Assembly (NCBI RefSeq): GCF_006345805.1 | Contig: NC_043008.1 | Coordinates: forward strand, 70,928,001-70,992,000 | DNA length: 64,000 nucleotides | Direction of reading: 5' to 3' | From: Octopus sinensis | Lineage: Eukaryota | Part shown: piece by piece, positions 28,722-43,647 of the stretch | Layout: every line of letters starts with the position of its first letter | How positions within the stretch are numbered: position 1 is the stretch's first letter | Program-made: the position numbers and the translations under genes | Notes under the pieces: model-generated | The model's input: only the letters and a program-made list of their open reading frames with translations | Database searches by the model: none | What the model was told of the DNA's origin: nothing

Positions 28722-31377
28722 ATATATATATATGTAGCTTGCCATTTACTGCACATTTCCATATACATCCTGACTGTATGATTCATTTCACGTGTATGAT
28801 TCATTTCACGTGAAATTTTGGGTTCAATTCCACCTCGAGACAGTTGGGACAAGTGTTTTCTACCATAGCTTTCAGTCGATTAAAATCTCCAGATGAGACG
28901 AGGAGACTTCCCCGGTTCATAGATGATAGCCTGAAAGAGTGATCCGGTGTGTTTAAAGACGCCCTATGTATTCAGGCCAGTTTTCTTGTTTGATTATAAG
29001 TTGCTCCTTACATTCTAGAATATAATACATATATACGCACAGAAGCACGCGCGCGTCCACACACGCACATATACACGCACACATGTTTGTGCATGTACGT
29101 ATGTGAATGACATGAGAGGTGGGTGAGAATGAGGGGAGCATATAAAGACAGACTAATTAGCAAAATATAGGTTCGAAAAGATATGGTTATAATCTCGAAC
29201 ATGGGATACGCTTTCTGACAGAATTCAGTTTATCAGTATGATTTTATATTTGTTATCCTCGGATGGCATGACTACCATTTGTTGATGGGAATCACTAAAA
29301 GTGTATGTGAATAATACACAATATCCCTCGGCTCTCTTGTAGTGTCCAAATCATTGTTTTAAGGAAATTGCCATTAACCTAATCGCCCTTTTTAATGAGT
29401 AAGTAGTAATAAAATACATATGTTTAAAGAAACAATATCCTGATCCTCTTTCGAATTTAGATTGAACGAATTTCTTTGCACGTTATTTTCTTAAATATTC
29501 GCTATACATCCAAATACAGTAATTATAAAATCTCTGGGGTCGAAGTAGGGCACCGAGTTATAACTCGCACTGTTAATGCCTTCAGGAAAATCGTTTTAGA
29601 CGGAAATATTCATTGTTTCACATATTGAGTGATAGAGAAAATGAGACTGCAGTGATAAAATTTCATTTGATTGCTCTACTTTTGACGATAAAAATTTACG
29701 ACATTGCAATCACTGTGAAAAGTACAAAATTAGGGGCTTGTCTTAGAATTGTTTTGCAACTTGCGGTCGAAAATTTAAAGTCATTCCCAGAACAGATGAA
29801 GTTTTGCAACAGCATGATTAAAATTTGTGAGGTGCAACAGAAATGGTTTTAGAACTGCCTTAATCTCGAAGAAAACTGTGCTACGATGAACAGTTTGATA
29901 TGCAAAATGTAAATAAATGTGAGTATAACGGATATTTTCTTACATTATTTACATTAGACAGATATTTACAAAAAGTTATTTAGCACTCAGTTTCAGCCGA
30001 AGCAACTTACAAAGCGAGAATAACTCCGAAAGAAATAAAAAAATCTTCGACTTATACGCAGAATTAACGTATTTCTGACATCACGGACAATTTTAGCATT
30101 ATTTCTTTCTGATCAGCGCGATCTAGTCCTCTGAAACCAGCAAGGTCAAGCTTATTACATTTTTTTCTGAAGTGTTAAAGTTTGGAGGATATATCAAGAA
30201 GATAATTTTTTGTACATAACAGTTAATATCTTTGGACATATTTGGAAATAATAAATTACATCTAGAACTGTCCGAACTTTTGGACATATCTGTACTTCGT
30301 ATAAATATAAAGAAGAAAACACGTTTAGGCTGACATATAGAGAGGAATGTTTCGTATACATACGTAGATTTGTCGGGTTTAAAGATTTTATAATTCAGTT
30401 TTGGTAACTGAAGACAATTTAATTTTTGGAGCTATCGAAAAATGTCTTTTACCTAATAATACAACTGAAAAGATGCATTATTTGTGGCATATGCGCAACA
30501 ACTAAGTTTCTGCAACTAACTGCATTACAGGTTATATTGGCAACTGAGATTTGGTTGCTTTAATTTGTTAATTAAGGTATATCAACCGGTGAAGTATTGA
30601 AGTGTTTGTGGAACTTGAAATTACTACCAATTTAAAGTGTTAACACATCGAGCTACTGTCGTTCATCTAAAGATTTACACATTCTTCATTATAAACACAA
30701 ACAGTGATAGAAACGACGTGATTGTTACAACGGTGATGGTGTCAATTTATGTGTCAGGGGCGTTAAGTGAAATCTGAGATTCATGTAATTTCAATGAGAA
30801 TCTATACAGAAATATCTGTAAATTGTGTTTGAAACATTTCAGCCTGACGCCCGGCGCAACAGAAGATAAATGATGACGTGTGAGCGGGTTTGCAGCGGTC
30901 AAATGAACCGCGGAGATGACAGAGCCACCGACTGAATGCCTTGCAGTCAACATTTTATGTTGTGTCTTGTGATTTTATTGAGATCCTCCTCCTCCTAACA
31001 TGAGTATCAGTGACGTAATCAGATCAAAAGTAAGTGGCCTTGTGCATTAGCAAGAAATCAATAAATATTCTACAGGAGGAAAACGTTGGAGTTATGCAAA
31101 CAAGAGAGCGACAAATAATTTTTTTTTTTACAATATTCAGTTTCATTTTTCTAGCTTTCCAAATGAGATATTCTCAGAGTCAACATTCATAATTCAATGC
31201 CATTAAATTAGACACCTGTCAAGTAATTGAGATTTTCTTCTTACAATTCACTATAACCACTCTCCAAAACATATTTTGGGCATTTTTAGGAAACAAGGAA
31301 CTGCGAGTTCAAACACAGGAGCATCGCGACTTCAGCATGTTCACAGAATTTTTACAACAATAAGCATCTAATATTGG

Positions 31378-31576
31378 TTTCAAGTTTTAGCCCAAGGCCA
31401 GTAAACTCCTGGGGAGAGTAAGTCGATTATATAAACCCTAGTGTTTAACTGGCAATTATTTTAACAACCCGAAAAGGATGAAAGGCAAACCCGACTTTGG
31501 CAGAATCTGAAATCAGAACAAATCTGAAATCATTGAGTATTTTGCCAAACGTACTAACGATTCTGCCAGCTCACTG
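31378..31576 (-). mobile_element. SINE family A, decayed
   Basis: aaaggatgaaaggcaaacccgac...ctaacgattctgccagctc. Confidence 0.6.
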
Positions 31577-32634
31577 TCCTGTAAGTATCTGATATGATGG
31601 GAATCGATTTAAGATTAATTGACGTAAGACCGAAAAGTTTTGTATCTCAATAATAATGTTCCTCTTATATTAACGCTTATGTCTTATAAGGGATGAACCT
31701 CTTAAAAATGTAATTTTGTATTTGTTTATCATACAATTTCAAATGTAGAAATGTCGAATCGAGAGACAAATAGGAGTTCAGTGTTTTGCACGTACGTGGC
31801 CTCAATCTGTGTCCGTGAGTAAGGTAGTTAATACTTGAAAACTTAGATCACACATACACATACACACACACATGCACACGCGCACACACACAGACACACA
31901 TACACAAACATACATCACACACGCGCATAATGTAGGCTTATTGAAGCTGACTATTTGAAAAGATTGACTTCGTAAAGTCGAAGTCGAATCTTGAGTAAAT
32001 GTCATTGTGAGTGAAAACGTGTAGACGGAAGTTGAGTGGAAGCCTGAATCGTGGATTGTACTCCACTTTCAGACAGTGTTACACCTAATCTACCAGAAAA
32101 GTGTTTCTGCAAGGCTCATTCTATTATGCGTTTATTCAGGAGCAATTAAGTGGAAAGATACATCTGAGTCCACGTCGGTGAACGATTAAGATTACACACA
32201 CACACATATGTGCGCAGGCGCAAAAAAAACAAACATACCTATATACATTAATATATATGTGTTTGCATGTGTGTGTGTGGATTAGTAATAGGATTCAAAA
32301 GAATCTAAGTACATCAACACTTAGAACGCCAGAGATAGCAGGTACAATAACTTACGTTTCAAAGTGAGGTAAGACAAAAATGAACGTACGTGGTGTTGGT
32401 AGGATATTCTAAATCCATTCTATTCAGGGTTGGTTTTCGGTGCAACGTAGGCAGAGAAATGGGTGTTAAAGATCACTACAGCTGTTTCGGTAGAGTTGTA
32501 TTGATGTTTGCATGGACTACATCATAACATATAAATCACTATCTTCAGGTAAGATTTCAAACAAATATCTTATCCAACAATATTGGTTGGATTCGTTACA
32601 CACAAACACGCACGTGATATATTTGGGCCAATAA

Positions 32635-33060
32635 GGCAGCGAGCTGGCAGAAACGTTGGCGTGCCGGGTGAAATGCTGAGCTGTATTTCGTCTGCCGTAA
32701 CGGTCTGAGTTCAAATTCCGCCGAGGTCGACTTTGCCTTTCATCATTTCGGGGTCGATAAATTAAGTACCAGTTACGCACTGGGGTCGATGTAATCGACT
32801 TAATCCCTTTGTCTGTCCTTGTTTGTCCCCTCTATGTTTAGCCCTTTGTGGGCAATAAAGAAATAAGAAACGTTAGAACGCTGAGTGAAATGCTTAGTGT
32901 TAATTCGTCTGTCTTTACGTTCTGAGTTCAAATTCAGCCGAGGTGGACTTCATCTTTTCGGGGTCGATAAATTAAGTACCAGTTGCGTACTGGGTCGATC
33001 TCATCGAGTGGTCCCCTCCCCCAAACATTTCAGGCCTTGTGCCTACAGTAGAAAAGAATA
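32635..33060 (+). mobile_element. Two tandem SINEs of informal family A
   Basis: ggcagcgagctggcagaaacgttggc...GAGTTCAAATTCC (B box)...gtcgactttgcctttcatc...gtcgataaattaagtaccagtt, repeated from 32871. Confidence 0.8.
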
Positions 33061-33708
33061 TATTTTGGCCAATCTATTGTCCAGTCACTTTGGTGTTTGC
33101 CCGAGAAGGCAGCTCTTCGGGGAGGAAGAAGACTGCCAACGACACATCAGTTAAGACTAAAAGTAATAGACTAAGGGATCAGTCTAGATAAACAATCGCA
33201 CTCCTTTCTTTTATTGAATACTTCATTTCCCGTTCGGTATTAAAAACAGATATAATCACACAACCAAATAGACATTTCAACAAATAAAAACAGACTCACA
33301 GACACAGACATACCAACACACAGACACACACATACAAACACACACACACGTGTGTGTATGTATGTATGTTTATATATGTACGTATAATCATATAGACATA
33401 ACCACATATGCAGACAGACAAAGAGTAAAACGGACAGTCAAACATCACACATATACACATACGCAGGATAAATATAAATAGAGGAACCAACATAAAATGA
33501 AAATTTAGCTCTCAACAACCGACAAATTATTTGCCTGACTATTGTGTACTAGTGCATATGTCATAACTATGTGTGACATATATACATTTATTCAAACTTA
33601 TATACATATATATATATATAGGCATACATATACATATATATATATATATACATATATAATACATACATGTACTTGAATATATATATATATACATACATAC
33701 ATATACAT

Positions 33709-33773
<65 letters not shown>

Positions 33774-34200
33774 GTATGTATGTATATATATATATATATT
33801 CAAGTACATGTATGTATTATATATGTATATATATATATGTATATGTATGCCTATATATATATATATGTATATATATATGAAGTTATACCACCATTTATCT
33901 TCAGGGTACTGGCACGAAAAACAACTTCACAGTTTTATGCACGCACACACACACACACGCATATATATATTTATATATATATACACATATTGAAATAATT
34001 CAATTACATTTTTTCTTTGCAAATATTAGGAAACCAATGCTAAATGAAAACCCATAATTTTTTTGTATTCTGTACTGAACACACACAAATCTATACACCT
34101 ACATATTCACACACACTTATGAGTATGTACAGATGTACAAACATACACCTGTCACTCTCTCTCCCTCTCTCTCCCTCTCTCCCTCTCTCTCCCTCTCTCC

Positions 34201-34257
<57 letters not shown>

Positions 34258-34415
34258 TAAATAGATGCATCACTGAATGAAAGAACCAAAGTAGTACTCA
34301 AAGCATTCGGTTAGTGTCTTATATATTTGAGAACAGCTCGAGTCAGCTCCAAATTGTCAAACGTTTTGCTCTCATGTGACGCATCCACATCCACAGAAGA
34401 TGTTAGCATATTGAT

Positions 34416-34600
34416 TTGAAATTTTGGCACAAAGCCAGCAATTTTGGGGTCCTGAGTCACATCGATTCGACTGGTACTTATTTCCTCGACATCCAAAGGA
34501 TGAAAAGCAAAGTCGGCCTGGGCGGAATTTGAATTCAGAACATAAGGATTGACGAAATGCTAACAATTCTGGCGTGCTAACGATTCTGACAGCTCGCCAC
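34416..34600 (-). mobile_element. SINE family A
   Basis: gcaaagtcggcctgggcggaatttgaattcagaac...gtgctaacgattctgacagctcgcc. Confidence 0.7.
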
Positions 34601-35354
34601 TGTCTAGGATTACTGATGAGCAAAATATCTACGCCAAAACAATAAAATATCTGCCCTTACCCTACACAGGTAGGCTTTTAATACAGAAAAAGAAAGCATT
34701 TTGAGTAAGATGCCGTATTTTACAGAGTTTCTCCCAGAGAAATGCTGTGCTTCACGAAAAATTGACAATGGATTCTTTCTACATTATTAATGGTCTCGCA
34801 GAGTTCATGAGAAAAATTCTATTCCAAGGATTAAGGCAATGGGTGAATACGTATTTGAAGGATTATGGATAAATTCATTGTTAAATATTTAATTGCGGGT
34901 AAAAGTGAAACAAAAGCATAACAGAATCGAACAAGACCAACAACAACCACAAAGAAGATGAAAGCTAAAGAGCACGTAAACGTATTTGGTTTACTTGCGA
35001 CCGTTGTTTACATTTCTGTACTGCATCAGTTTGTGTTACGCTGTAAGTAATGAAGATATTCAGAAAATGTATTAAAGTGTCTAGTAAAAAGGTGTGAAGG
35101 GTGTGTGAATTGTAATTTCTGAGATTGTTAGGTTTAGTCGTATTCCATACAGTTACACGAAAAATAAGAGACATATACGTATACACATATCCAATTACCA
35201 TCCATCCATCCATCCATCCGAACATCTGTGTGGGTATGTATGTATGTATGTATGTATGTATGTATGTATGTATGCATGTGTGTATGAATACACATATATA
35301 TGTACAAATACATACGAAAATACACATATCTTTATCTTCTTTGTTTTGTCTTTT

Positions 35355-35524
35355 ACGTGTTTCAGTCATTGGATTGTGGTCATGCTAGAGCACTAACTCG
35401 AAGGATTGTAGTAGAAAGAATATACCTTAGAATTTACATTTCAAAGGCTGGTACCGATTAATCGGGGTCTTTGGTCGAACCCTAAGTTAGGGAAACGTAA
35501 CAAACCAACAAACTAACACACACA

Positions 35525-35568
<44 letters not shown>

Positions 35569-35742
35569 TATGTACATATACGACGAGTATATTTCAGCTC
35601 CTGTCTCCCATATCAACTGACAAGGTGTTTGGTCGGTCCGGGTTTATCTTAGCAGACATTCGCCGAAGTTGACATGCAGTGAGACTTTACCCGGAACTAT
35701 AGAGGAGAAGCAAAGTTCTTATCGCACAGCCACCTCTGCGCC
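35355..35742 (-). mobile_element. SINE family C, decayed, with internal (CA)n
   Basis: gtttcagtcattggattgtggtcatgctagagcac tail and cacagccacctctgcgcc head in reverse. Confidence 0.55.
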
Positions 35743-37131
35743 TATGCATAGATACACACACGCACACATACACACGCGCACACATACACTTGTATATTCA
35801 ATATATATTATTTTAAAAAGTATTTGGTGTCACTCAGCTACTAAGTCTTCGGTAAAAGTATGAATCTCTAAGCCCATGACTAATGCACATTGTAATCCTA
35901 TTCAACGTCAAATAAACTATACAGCGGGAGTTCTGAATATTGGTGTCCACCATTTGTGAGGCATGCTTCTACCATTACATTCTTTACAGTTGCTACTGCA
36001 CGCCGCACTTTGTAGCATGACTCTTGCGCTACATATTAACATTGGATTATTGTTTTTATGTTCTGGTATTTGACTGATGAATTTATTTTTGGAATATGTG
36101 TATTTCATCGAGTATTCCCTCTTTCAACACTCCTGCACGTCATCAGTACTCCTCCATCAGTGACAGATATATCCCGGTACACTTATGTTCATTAATTTCT
36201 GAATATTTTTAACAGCAGCACTTCTCATTTACTTTTCGCCTTCCCTGTATTTTTCTGCTGACATGTTTTGTATGTATGATAGCTAATTACAAGCTTACGT
36301 TATATCACCATCTATATAGTCAACCAGGTACACCTTAGAGAGATTCCAGGCCAATAGTCGACAATATTTAGTGGTATATGATATTTCTTATGGCTAAATG
36401 GATTTTGCAAGTGTGTTTTTAATCTATACGCGAACGAGGAGCTCTGTGTATATATAGGGAAATCAGGCAAGCATACGCATGTTTTTGAGGCAAATATTTC
36501 TGGTACAATAGAAATTATAACCATATTGCCAATTATTATCAAAAATAATAATGCAAAGAAGGATAGCAGACATTATTTAGATAGAATATAAGGTATAAAC
36601 AACACTTCGTCCATTGTTTTTCCACTTTACGCGTACATAAACTGCGGGCATTACGAGTTGTTTAAATCTAAATAGAGAACTTATATGTACACGAACATCC
36701 TCCATTGAAGCGAAATGAAGAGACAAATAAGAAATATAAAGGTGAGGTTAATAGTCTAGATATCTGAAACTAATCCCAGAGCTTTTCATTTCAGATGCTG
36801 TCTAAACTTATAACTTCACAGCATGTGCACATCTGGCATGGCGTTGCTACATAGTCTTAGCGCCACAACTACCACTTCGACCAACACTAACACCACCAAC
36901 ACAATATGCACTTTCTTTACAAAGAATTTTCATTTATTTCAACTATCAATATAATAGATTTTCTGATGTTTATAGTAACGGGTCAAGGTTGGAGGTAAAA
37001 AGGAAAAGCGAAAAGTAGAAGAGAGTGACGGAAGCAATACATATATTATATCTGTCTAACAGTTCCCCTCTTCCTACTACTTACTCTTCATATATACATG
37101 TATATATATATATATATATAATATATAATAT

Positions 37132-37177
<46 letters not shown>

Positions 37178-37192
37178 TACATACATACATGC

Positions 37193-37223
<31 letters not shown>

Positions 37224-37311
37224 AATATATATACATACATACATGCATATATATATATATGTATATATATATAAATATATGTATATGTATTTATATATAT
37301 GTATATGTATC

Positions 37312-37360
<49 letters not shown>

Positions 37361-37362
<2 letters not shown>

Positions 37363-37589
37363 GGAGTAAACACATAAATGTGAAACAAGGTGGAAAAAAG
37401 AGTACTCAAATACCAGTGGTAGAGTAATATGCTTTATTTTAAGCAGCAGAAAATTCAACAAAATCTGTTACTCTGAGTTTCTCGTTGCCGTTCATCAGAC
37501 AGTTTTTGCTAGCAAAAACTGTCTGATGAACGGCAACGAGAAACTCAGAGTAACAGATTTTGTTGAATTTTCTGCTGCTTAAAATAAAG
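37361..37589. mobile_element. Foldback hammerhead element, family 2, copy a (perfect 158-bp palindrome 37432-37589; extension 37361-37431)
   Basis: The 79-bp arms are exact reverse complements with no loop (centre 37510/37511). (TA)n lies on both flanks. Homologous to 20840-21047 in the opposite orientation. Confidence 0.85.
37519..37556 (+). ncRNA. Minimal type I hammerhead ribozyme (identical mirror copy on - strand at 37465-37502)
   Basis: CTGT-CTGATGA-ACG GCAA CGA-GAA-ACTC A GAGT-A-ACAG: canonical CUGAUGA/GAAA core, GNRA-capped stem II, palindromic stem III, GUA triplet 37550-37552, stem I CTGT/ACAG. Confidence 0.8.
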
Positions 37590-37649
37590 TATATATATAT
37601 ATATATATATATATATGCATATATATATATGTTCATTTGTGTATATATA

Positions 37650-37694
<45 letters not shown>

Positions 37695-37889
37695 CAAATG
37701 AACACGCACAGAATAAGCGAGCGAGAGAGATAAATATAGATAGATAGACAGACAGATAAAGGGAGAAAGATAGATAAATAAAGAGATAAAGTGTAAGAAA
37801 GAAAGAGAGAGTGAGCGAGAAATGAAGAAACAGCGAGAGATGGAGAGAGAGCGAGAGATAGAAGGAGAAAGAGGGGGATAGAGAAAGAG

Positions 37890-37934
<45 letters not shown>

Positions 37935-38211
37935 CTAGAGGAAGATTGGAAAGGTGCACGCATTAAATTTCAACTCTAACGGCTAAGAATGGTAAAGCCA
38001 AAAGCAGAGAGTTTCATCGGATTAGAGAACACGATCGTTTGCTACAGCTTTGGGAACGCTATATTTACTTTTTACTTAATCTTAATCTCATCTAAGATAT
38101 ATTACCTTCACATACAGACGTCTTGACTTCACCTTCAGCATTCACACTATTTTAAAATTTCCTCAATTGATCGCATTAATCGATATACGCATATATATAT
38201 ATATGTAATAT

Positions 38212-38272
<61 letters not shown>

Positions 38273-38282
38273 ATATATTTAT

Positions 38283-38333
<51 letters not shown>

Positions 38334-39313
38334 CTCTGTGTGTACGTGTATATAAAGAAGTATGTGTGCTAGTGTTTATTTGTAGATGTATGCGTCAGTT
38401 GCAAGCATATATCTCTGTGTATGTATGCTTGAGTGTACATACATACTTACATAAAAATGCACACGTATGTATGTAAACATTCAGAACGCATACACACAAA
38501 CACATACATGTGCGCACGCACAGACACACATGCACACTCACACACTTTTATATATGTGCACATTTACGAAAGATTTACGTATCCACACAGAAACGAACGT
38601 ACTCAAATACCTCATACGCATATACATATGACTCTCCACCCTCACTCTCATATATATATATCCACATTTAGAATATATATTCATGCATTCTTCGTGTGTG
38701 TATATATACATATTCATACGTACATAAATATACATACTCACAAACATTCACACACATACAGGCGCAAAGACACAGACACATACACACGTACTGCAAGGAT
38801 ACATTTATGTTTAATTTAAAATATACTTATGTGTGTGTAATCTTTTGTTTACTTAGTACGTATCGATGCAAATAAACGTTATCAATTTGTGCATTGCATT
38901 ATATCTATATATGTATGTAAGTGTATGTGTTTGTGTGTGTATTGTGTGCATGTATTGTGTGTATGTGTATACGTATCTACGTGTGCGCCCACTGTTAAAT
39001 ACATATATATCCATCTACTTACTTTCGGGGCTTAAAACATTGGATTTATTTATACACTTATGAGAATATACGTCAACATTTATCATGGCGAATAATTCAC
39101 GGTTCACAATCGCAGTAGGATTTACTGTTGTACAAATGGAAACGATACAGTGAAGTGTTAAAATATGCTTTGCTCACTCAAGCGTATCATGATTCAATTC
39201 TGTTCTAAAGGAAGTGGAATGCGTTAGTCGGCCGCCATATTGGCGAACATTGAAATGTTGAATTATCAATGTTTTGTTCTTGAAATATATATGTACATAC
39301 ATACATGCATATA

Positions 39314-39348
<35 letters not shown>

Positions 39349-39569
39349 CCCTACTCGTATGAAAAATATCGAATCTTAGGATGTATATGTGTGTGTATGT
39401 ATTTATATATGTATATATATATATATATATATATTTACTCACGCATACATTTCCACACATATACTTGTATGTGCGCTTGTGTTTATATATACACAAATAC
39501 ATATATAAACAAGCACACATATATATGAGTATGTATGTATGCATGTATGTATCAATGTATGTATGTATA

Positions 39570-39605
<36 letters not shown>

Positions 39606-39922
39606 TACATATATATATGTATGAGTACATGTTTGTATATATATGTGTGTATGTATTCATGTATATATTTGTTTTTATATGGATTTGAATATTGAATTGT
39701 AGATGGAAGTACTTCTGCCATATAATAACAGCTTCCTTAAATATATATTTCAGACAGAATGATTAAATACATAAATAACTACATTTTTATGGGTTTATTT
39801 GCATGTGTAAATACTTGTGTTTTCGGGATGTTAACGTAACTTTACAAGATCATACACAAACACACCTATGTATATTGATATATATACGCACACAAAACAC
39901 AAACATACTCATATATAAGTGC

Positions 39923-39980
<58 letters not shown>

Positions 39981-39985
39981 GTATG

Positions 39986-40018
<33 letters not shown>

Positions 40019-40087
40019 GTATATATATATATATACATATATATATATACATGTATATATCTATATATATATGTATATATATATATG

Positions 40088-40139
<52 letters not shown>

Positions 40140-41446
40140 ATATATATACGTTTGTCCGTACATATATATATGTGTGTCTGTGTGCATAAACATATATGTA
40201 ACGGCAAATTTAGTATACCTATTCGGCGTGTCCATCCCATTTTATCTGCTTTGTTTACTGTATATAAAATGTTTCCTTTTTATCTCTTTGAATCATCTCA
40301 CTTCTCTCTCCATCTCCCTATCACCCTCTCCTTAGTTCTCTCCTAATTTCTATGGAACACACGTGTAAACTCTTGTGCGCACACGCGTTGTTGTTCCGTT
40401 TTTATTTTGTTTTAACTTGATCTTCTTATTTGTATTATTTTGGGGCTGTTTAATTTTTTTTTCGAACATATGTACGCAAAAATTACGGACATTTGTAAAT
40501 GCTATAACTTATAAAAAATCTCGGCGTTCGTTTGGCTGTTTTTGCTTTTGTATAAGAAAGGTCTGACGTGCGGGCTGAGTTGCACTGAAGGGTAAAGTAG
40601 AGGGCAAGTGAGAAAGTTCCAAGTAGTGGACGGGTTTCGGTGGCAAATGTAAAAATATTACAATGGACACCGTATACATACATGCATACATTCATGGATA
40701 CATACACATGCACACACGCACACGCACATAAAAATAACACAAACGCACCCCTCACACGCCAATACTTATACTCATAAGTAACTTCAAGCAATGAGGAAAA
40801 GAAAGGGAAGTGGGTGTGAAGAATACGTAGCTTTAAGGAGAGAGGGTGTAGGTAATTTGACAAAAGTTGTTCTCAACCAACGTTTTTGCTATCCATCACA
40901 AATAAACACACACAAGCATACATACGCAGACGTACGCACATAGTGTATGTGTTTGTATGTGTGTGTGTATGTGTGTGAGTGTGTGTGTGTGTTAGGGTTG
41001 TTGTGACTTATAACTATCTCTCTATCTCCCTCTTTCAATCTTTCCTGTTGCTGTCTCAGACTTGAAATTTTAAAATTAGGAGAAAATTTCAAATATCATA
41101 TATTCATAATTTTTCACGCTGAATCCGATTTTGTCATTGGTTTGCTCCGTAAAATTTATAGAAAAATTTTACAAAGGTTTAAAGTTTGAAAACTTTTAGC
41201 CAATCAGAAAACAAGATTTAGAAGCTAGCATTTTCTGTGTGATAGCTATCTATAAGAAAATGAAAGCAAAACATTACGACGAAGAAAGTTGTAAGACATG
41301 CTGAAGTTTTAATAACTTTTAATAAATAAATTCATGTAAAACGGTGGAAGACGCATGTAAAACAATTTGAAGAAGAAAAATACACACCGAAATATTTTTA
41401 CGAAAAATTGCAAAAACCGTCCTGCTCAAGAGGTTTATCTTCGGAG

Positions 41447-41654
41447 AAGTCATGGTCTGACATGGATTACGAATGATTACAAAAAAGAATTTTATTGTGA
41501 AAACCACCTGGCAACGACGGGCTACGCAAATATTTATAAACATATATGGGCACACACATGCGCGCGAACACATACACGTATACAAATATACACATACATA
41601 CATGCATGCATACATACATACATACATACATATATACATACATGCATACATACA

Positions 41655-41688
<34 letters not shown>

Positions 41689-42564
41689 CATACATTCATG
41701 CATACATACATACATACATACATGCATGCATACATACATGCATACATACATACATATATACATACATACATTATAATTTACTGCGGAGCGCCAGCACGCA
41801 AACGCACATATACATATACGACGCACATTTATCAGCTCATATAAAGAACTGAATATTAGTTAGAATTTTTGATCATATGTGTTCCTCTTAAACAATAGAC
41901 CAAACTGACAGGTTCAGCGAATTGGTATCTTTTGAGAATGCGTATTCTACAGAAAATTGAACACATAATGGAAATTTCAAATGGAATCCGCATGATATAT
42001 GGGGGCCCTTTTGGATTTCTAGTATAATCTATCAGATGGATATCTACTCATTTCCTCATACAACTATTGGTTGATACTATTGGTAAGATATGGTTTGAGT
42101 TGCGCAAGATGCACCGAAAAGTGTTCGAAACAAGGGTCTCAGAATTGCACAACAAACATCTTTGCCAGCCAGAAGTACTGCGTCAAATTGGAAACAACAA
42201 CGCACACACACACAAAAACACACAAACATACATACACACACAGAAACTCACAAACAGACGCACACAAATTTACACACACATGCACACACACACAGATTCA
42301 CATATACACACATACACACGCACCACCACCACCACCACCACCACTACCACCACCACCACCACCACCACCACCACCAACACCACCACCACCACCACCACCA
42401 CCACATCTACCAACACCACCGCTACCATCACCGTTTAGCAACCGTTATTGGTTTACTGCATGCCAATAACATGGGAGATAGTACTTATGTACTAGAAGTA
42501 AACATGGTTTTCACAATAAAATTCCTTTTTGTAATCATTCGTAATCCATGTCAGACCATGACTT
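41447..42564. repeat. 60-bp inverted repeat pair (41447-41506 / 42505-42564), 59/60 identical
   Basis: aagtcatggtctgacatggattacgaatgattacaaaaa(a/g)gaattttattgtgaaaacca on opposite strands. Confidence 0.85.
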
Positions 42565-42835
42565 ATCGTCACAAGCAATGATTTGATGCAAAAATGCTTT
42601 TTTTCCAGTCGAAATATCAATAAGGAGCACACTTATATTTTTTAATCTCATTCAGGTGATGTGGAACAAACTGATCGGTTTTCTTGACTTTTCCATTTTT
42701 TTTACAGTTGACGAAAAGCAGGGGTGCGAGAGATTTGGAGGAGTTCTGATGAAAGTTTTCGTATCTCTGTTCTCGGATTTTGTTCAACCAAAGTATTTAA
42801 TCCATCATGCCGAATAACTGATTTTGGCCTACCCT
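42565..42835 (-). mobile_element. Decayed mariner (DD34D-like) transposase fragment
   Basis: KGRPKSVIRHDGLNTLVEQNPRTEIRKLSSEL...GKVKK..FVPHHL...CSLL...FLHQIIACD resembles the mariner HTH, WVPHEL and first-Asp region. Confidence 0.6.
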
Positions 42836-42844
42836 TACACACAC

Positions 42845-42877
<33 letters not shown>

Positions 42878-42942
42878 CACACACACACAAGCACACACAT
42901 ACATATATATATGTGTGTGTGTATGATTGATGGATGGAAGTA

Positions 42943-43308
42943 CTTACGACGACGAGGGTTCCGGTTGATCCGAATCAACGGAACAGCCTGCTCGTGAAAT
43001 TAACGTGTAAGTGGCTGAGCACTCCACAGACACGTGTACCCTTAACGTAGTTCTCGGGGATATTCAGCGTGACACAGAGAGTGACAAGGCCGGCCCTTTG
43101 AATTACAGGTACAACAGAAACAGGAAGTAAGAGTGAGAGAAAGTTGTGGTGAAAGAGTACAGCAGGGATCACCACCATCCCTGCTGGAGCCTCGTGGAAC
43201 TTTAGGTGTTTTCGCTCAATAAACACTCACAACGCCCGGTCTGGGAATCGAAACCGCGATCCTACAACTGCGAGTCCGCTGCCCTAACCACTGGGCCATT
43301 GCGCCTCC
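42943..43308 (-). mobile_element. Full-length tRNA-derived SINE (informal family B)
   Basis: Head GGAGGCGCAATGGCCCAGTGGTTAGGG (A box) ... GGTTTCGATTCCC (B box). The tail is shared with 1063-1353 and 7497-7818. Confidence 0.85.
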
Positions 43309-43321
43309 ATGTGTGTAGTAA

Positions 43322-43324
<3 letters not shown>

Positions 43325-43395
<71 letters not shown>

Positions 43396-43421
43396 AGATA
43401 TATATATATATATATATATAT

Positions 43422-43467
<46 letters not shown>

Positions 43468-43479
43468 TATTATATATAT

Positions 43480-43574
<95 letters not shown>

Positions 43575-43647
43575 ACTATTTATTAAATTTTATGTATTGA
43601 TTAAGTCTTTCCTTGTTTGTTTTGCAAAATAGTGGTTGTGTCTCAAA

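Noticed and set aside
39231-39243. YY1-like GCCGCCATATT motif, possible promoter
   Set aside because: A single short motif with a mismatch, and no CpG island or other support.
40640-40660. GAAACCCGTC on the - strand (hammerhead 3' half)
   Set aside because: No CUGANGA-like core or stem II upstream.
43230-43308. tRNA-like sequence with A and B boxes
   Set aside because: It continues into a SINE body and tail, so it is a SINE head rather than a tRNA gene.
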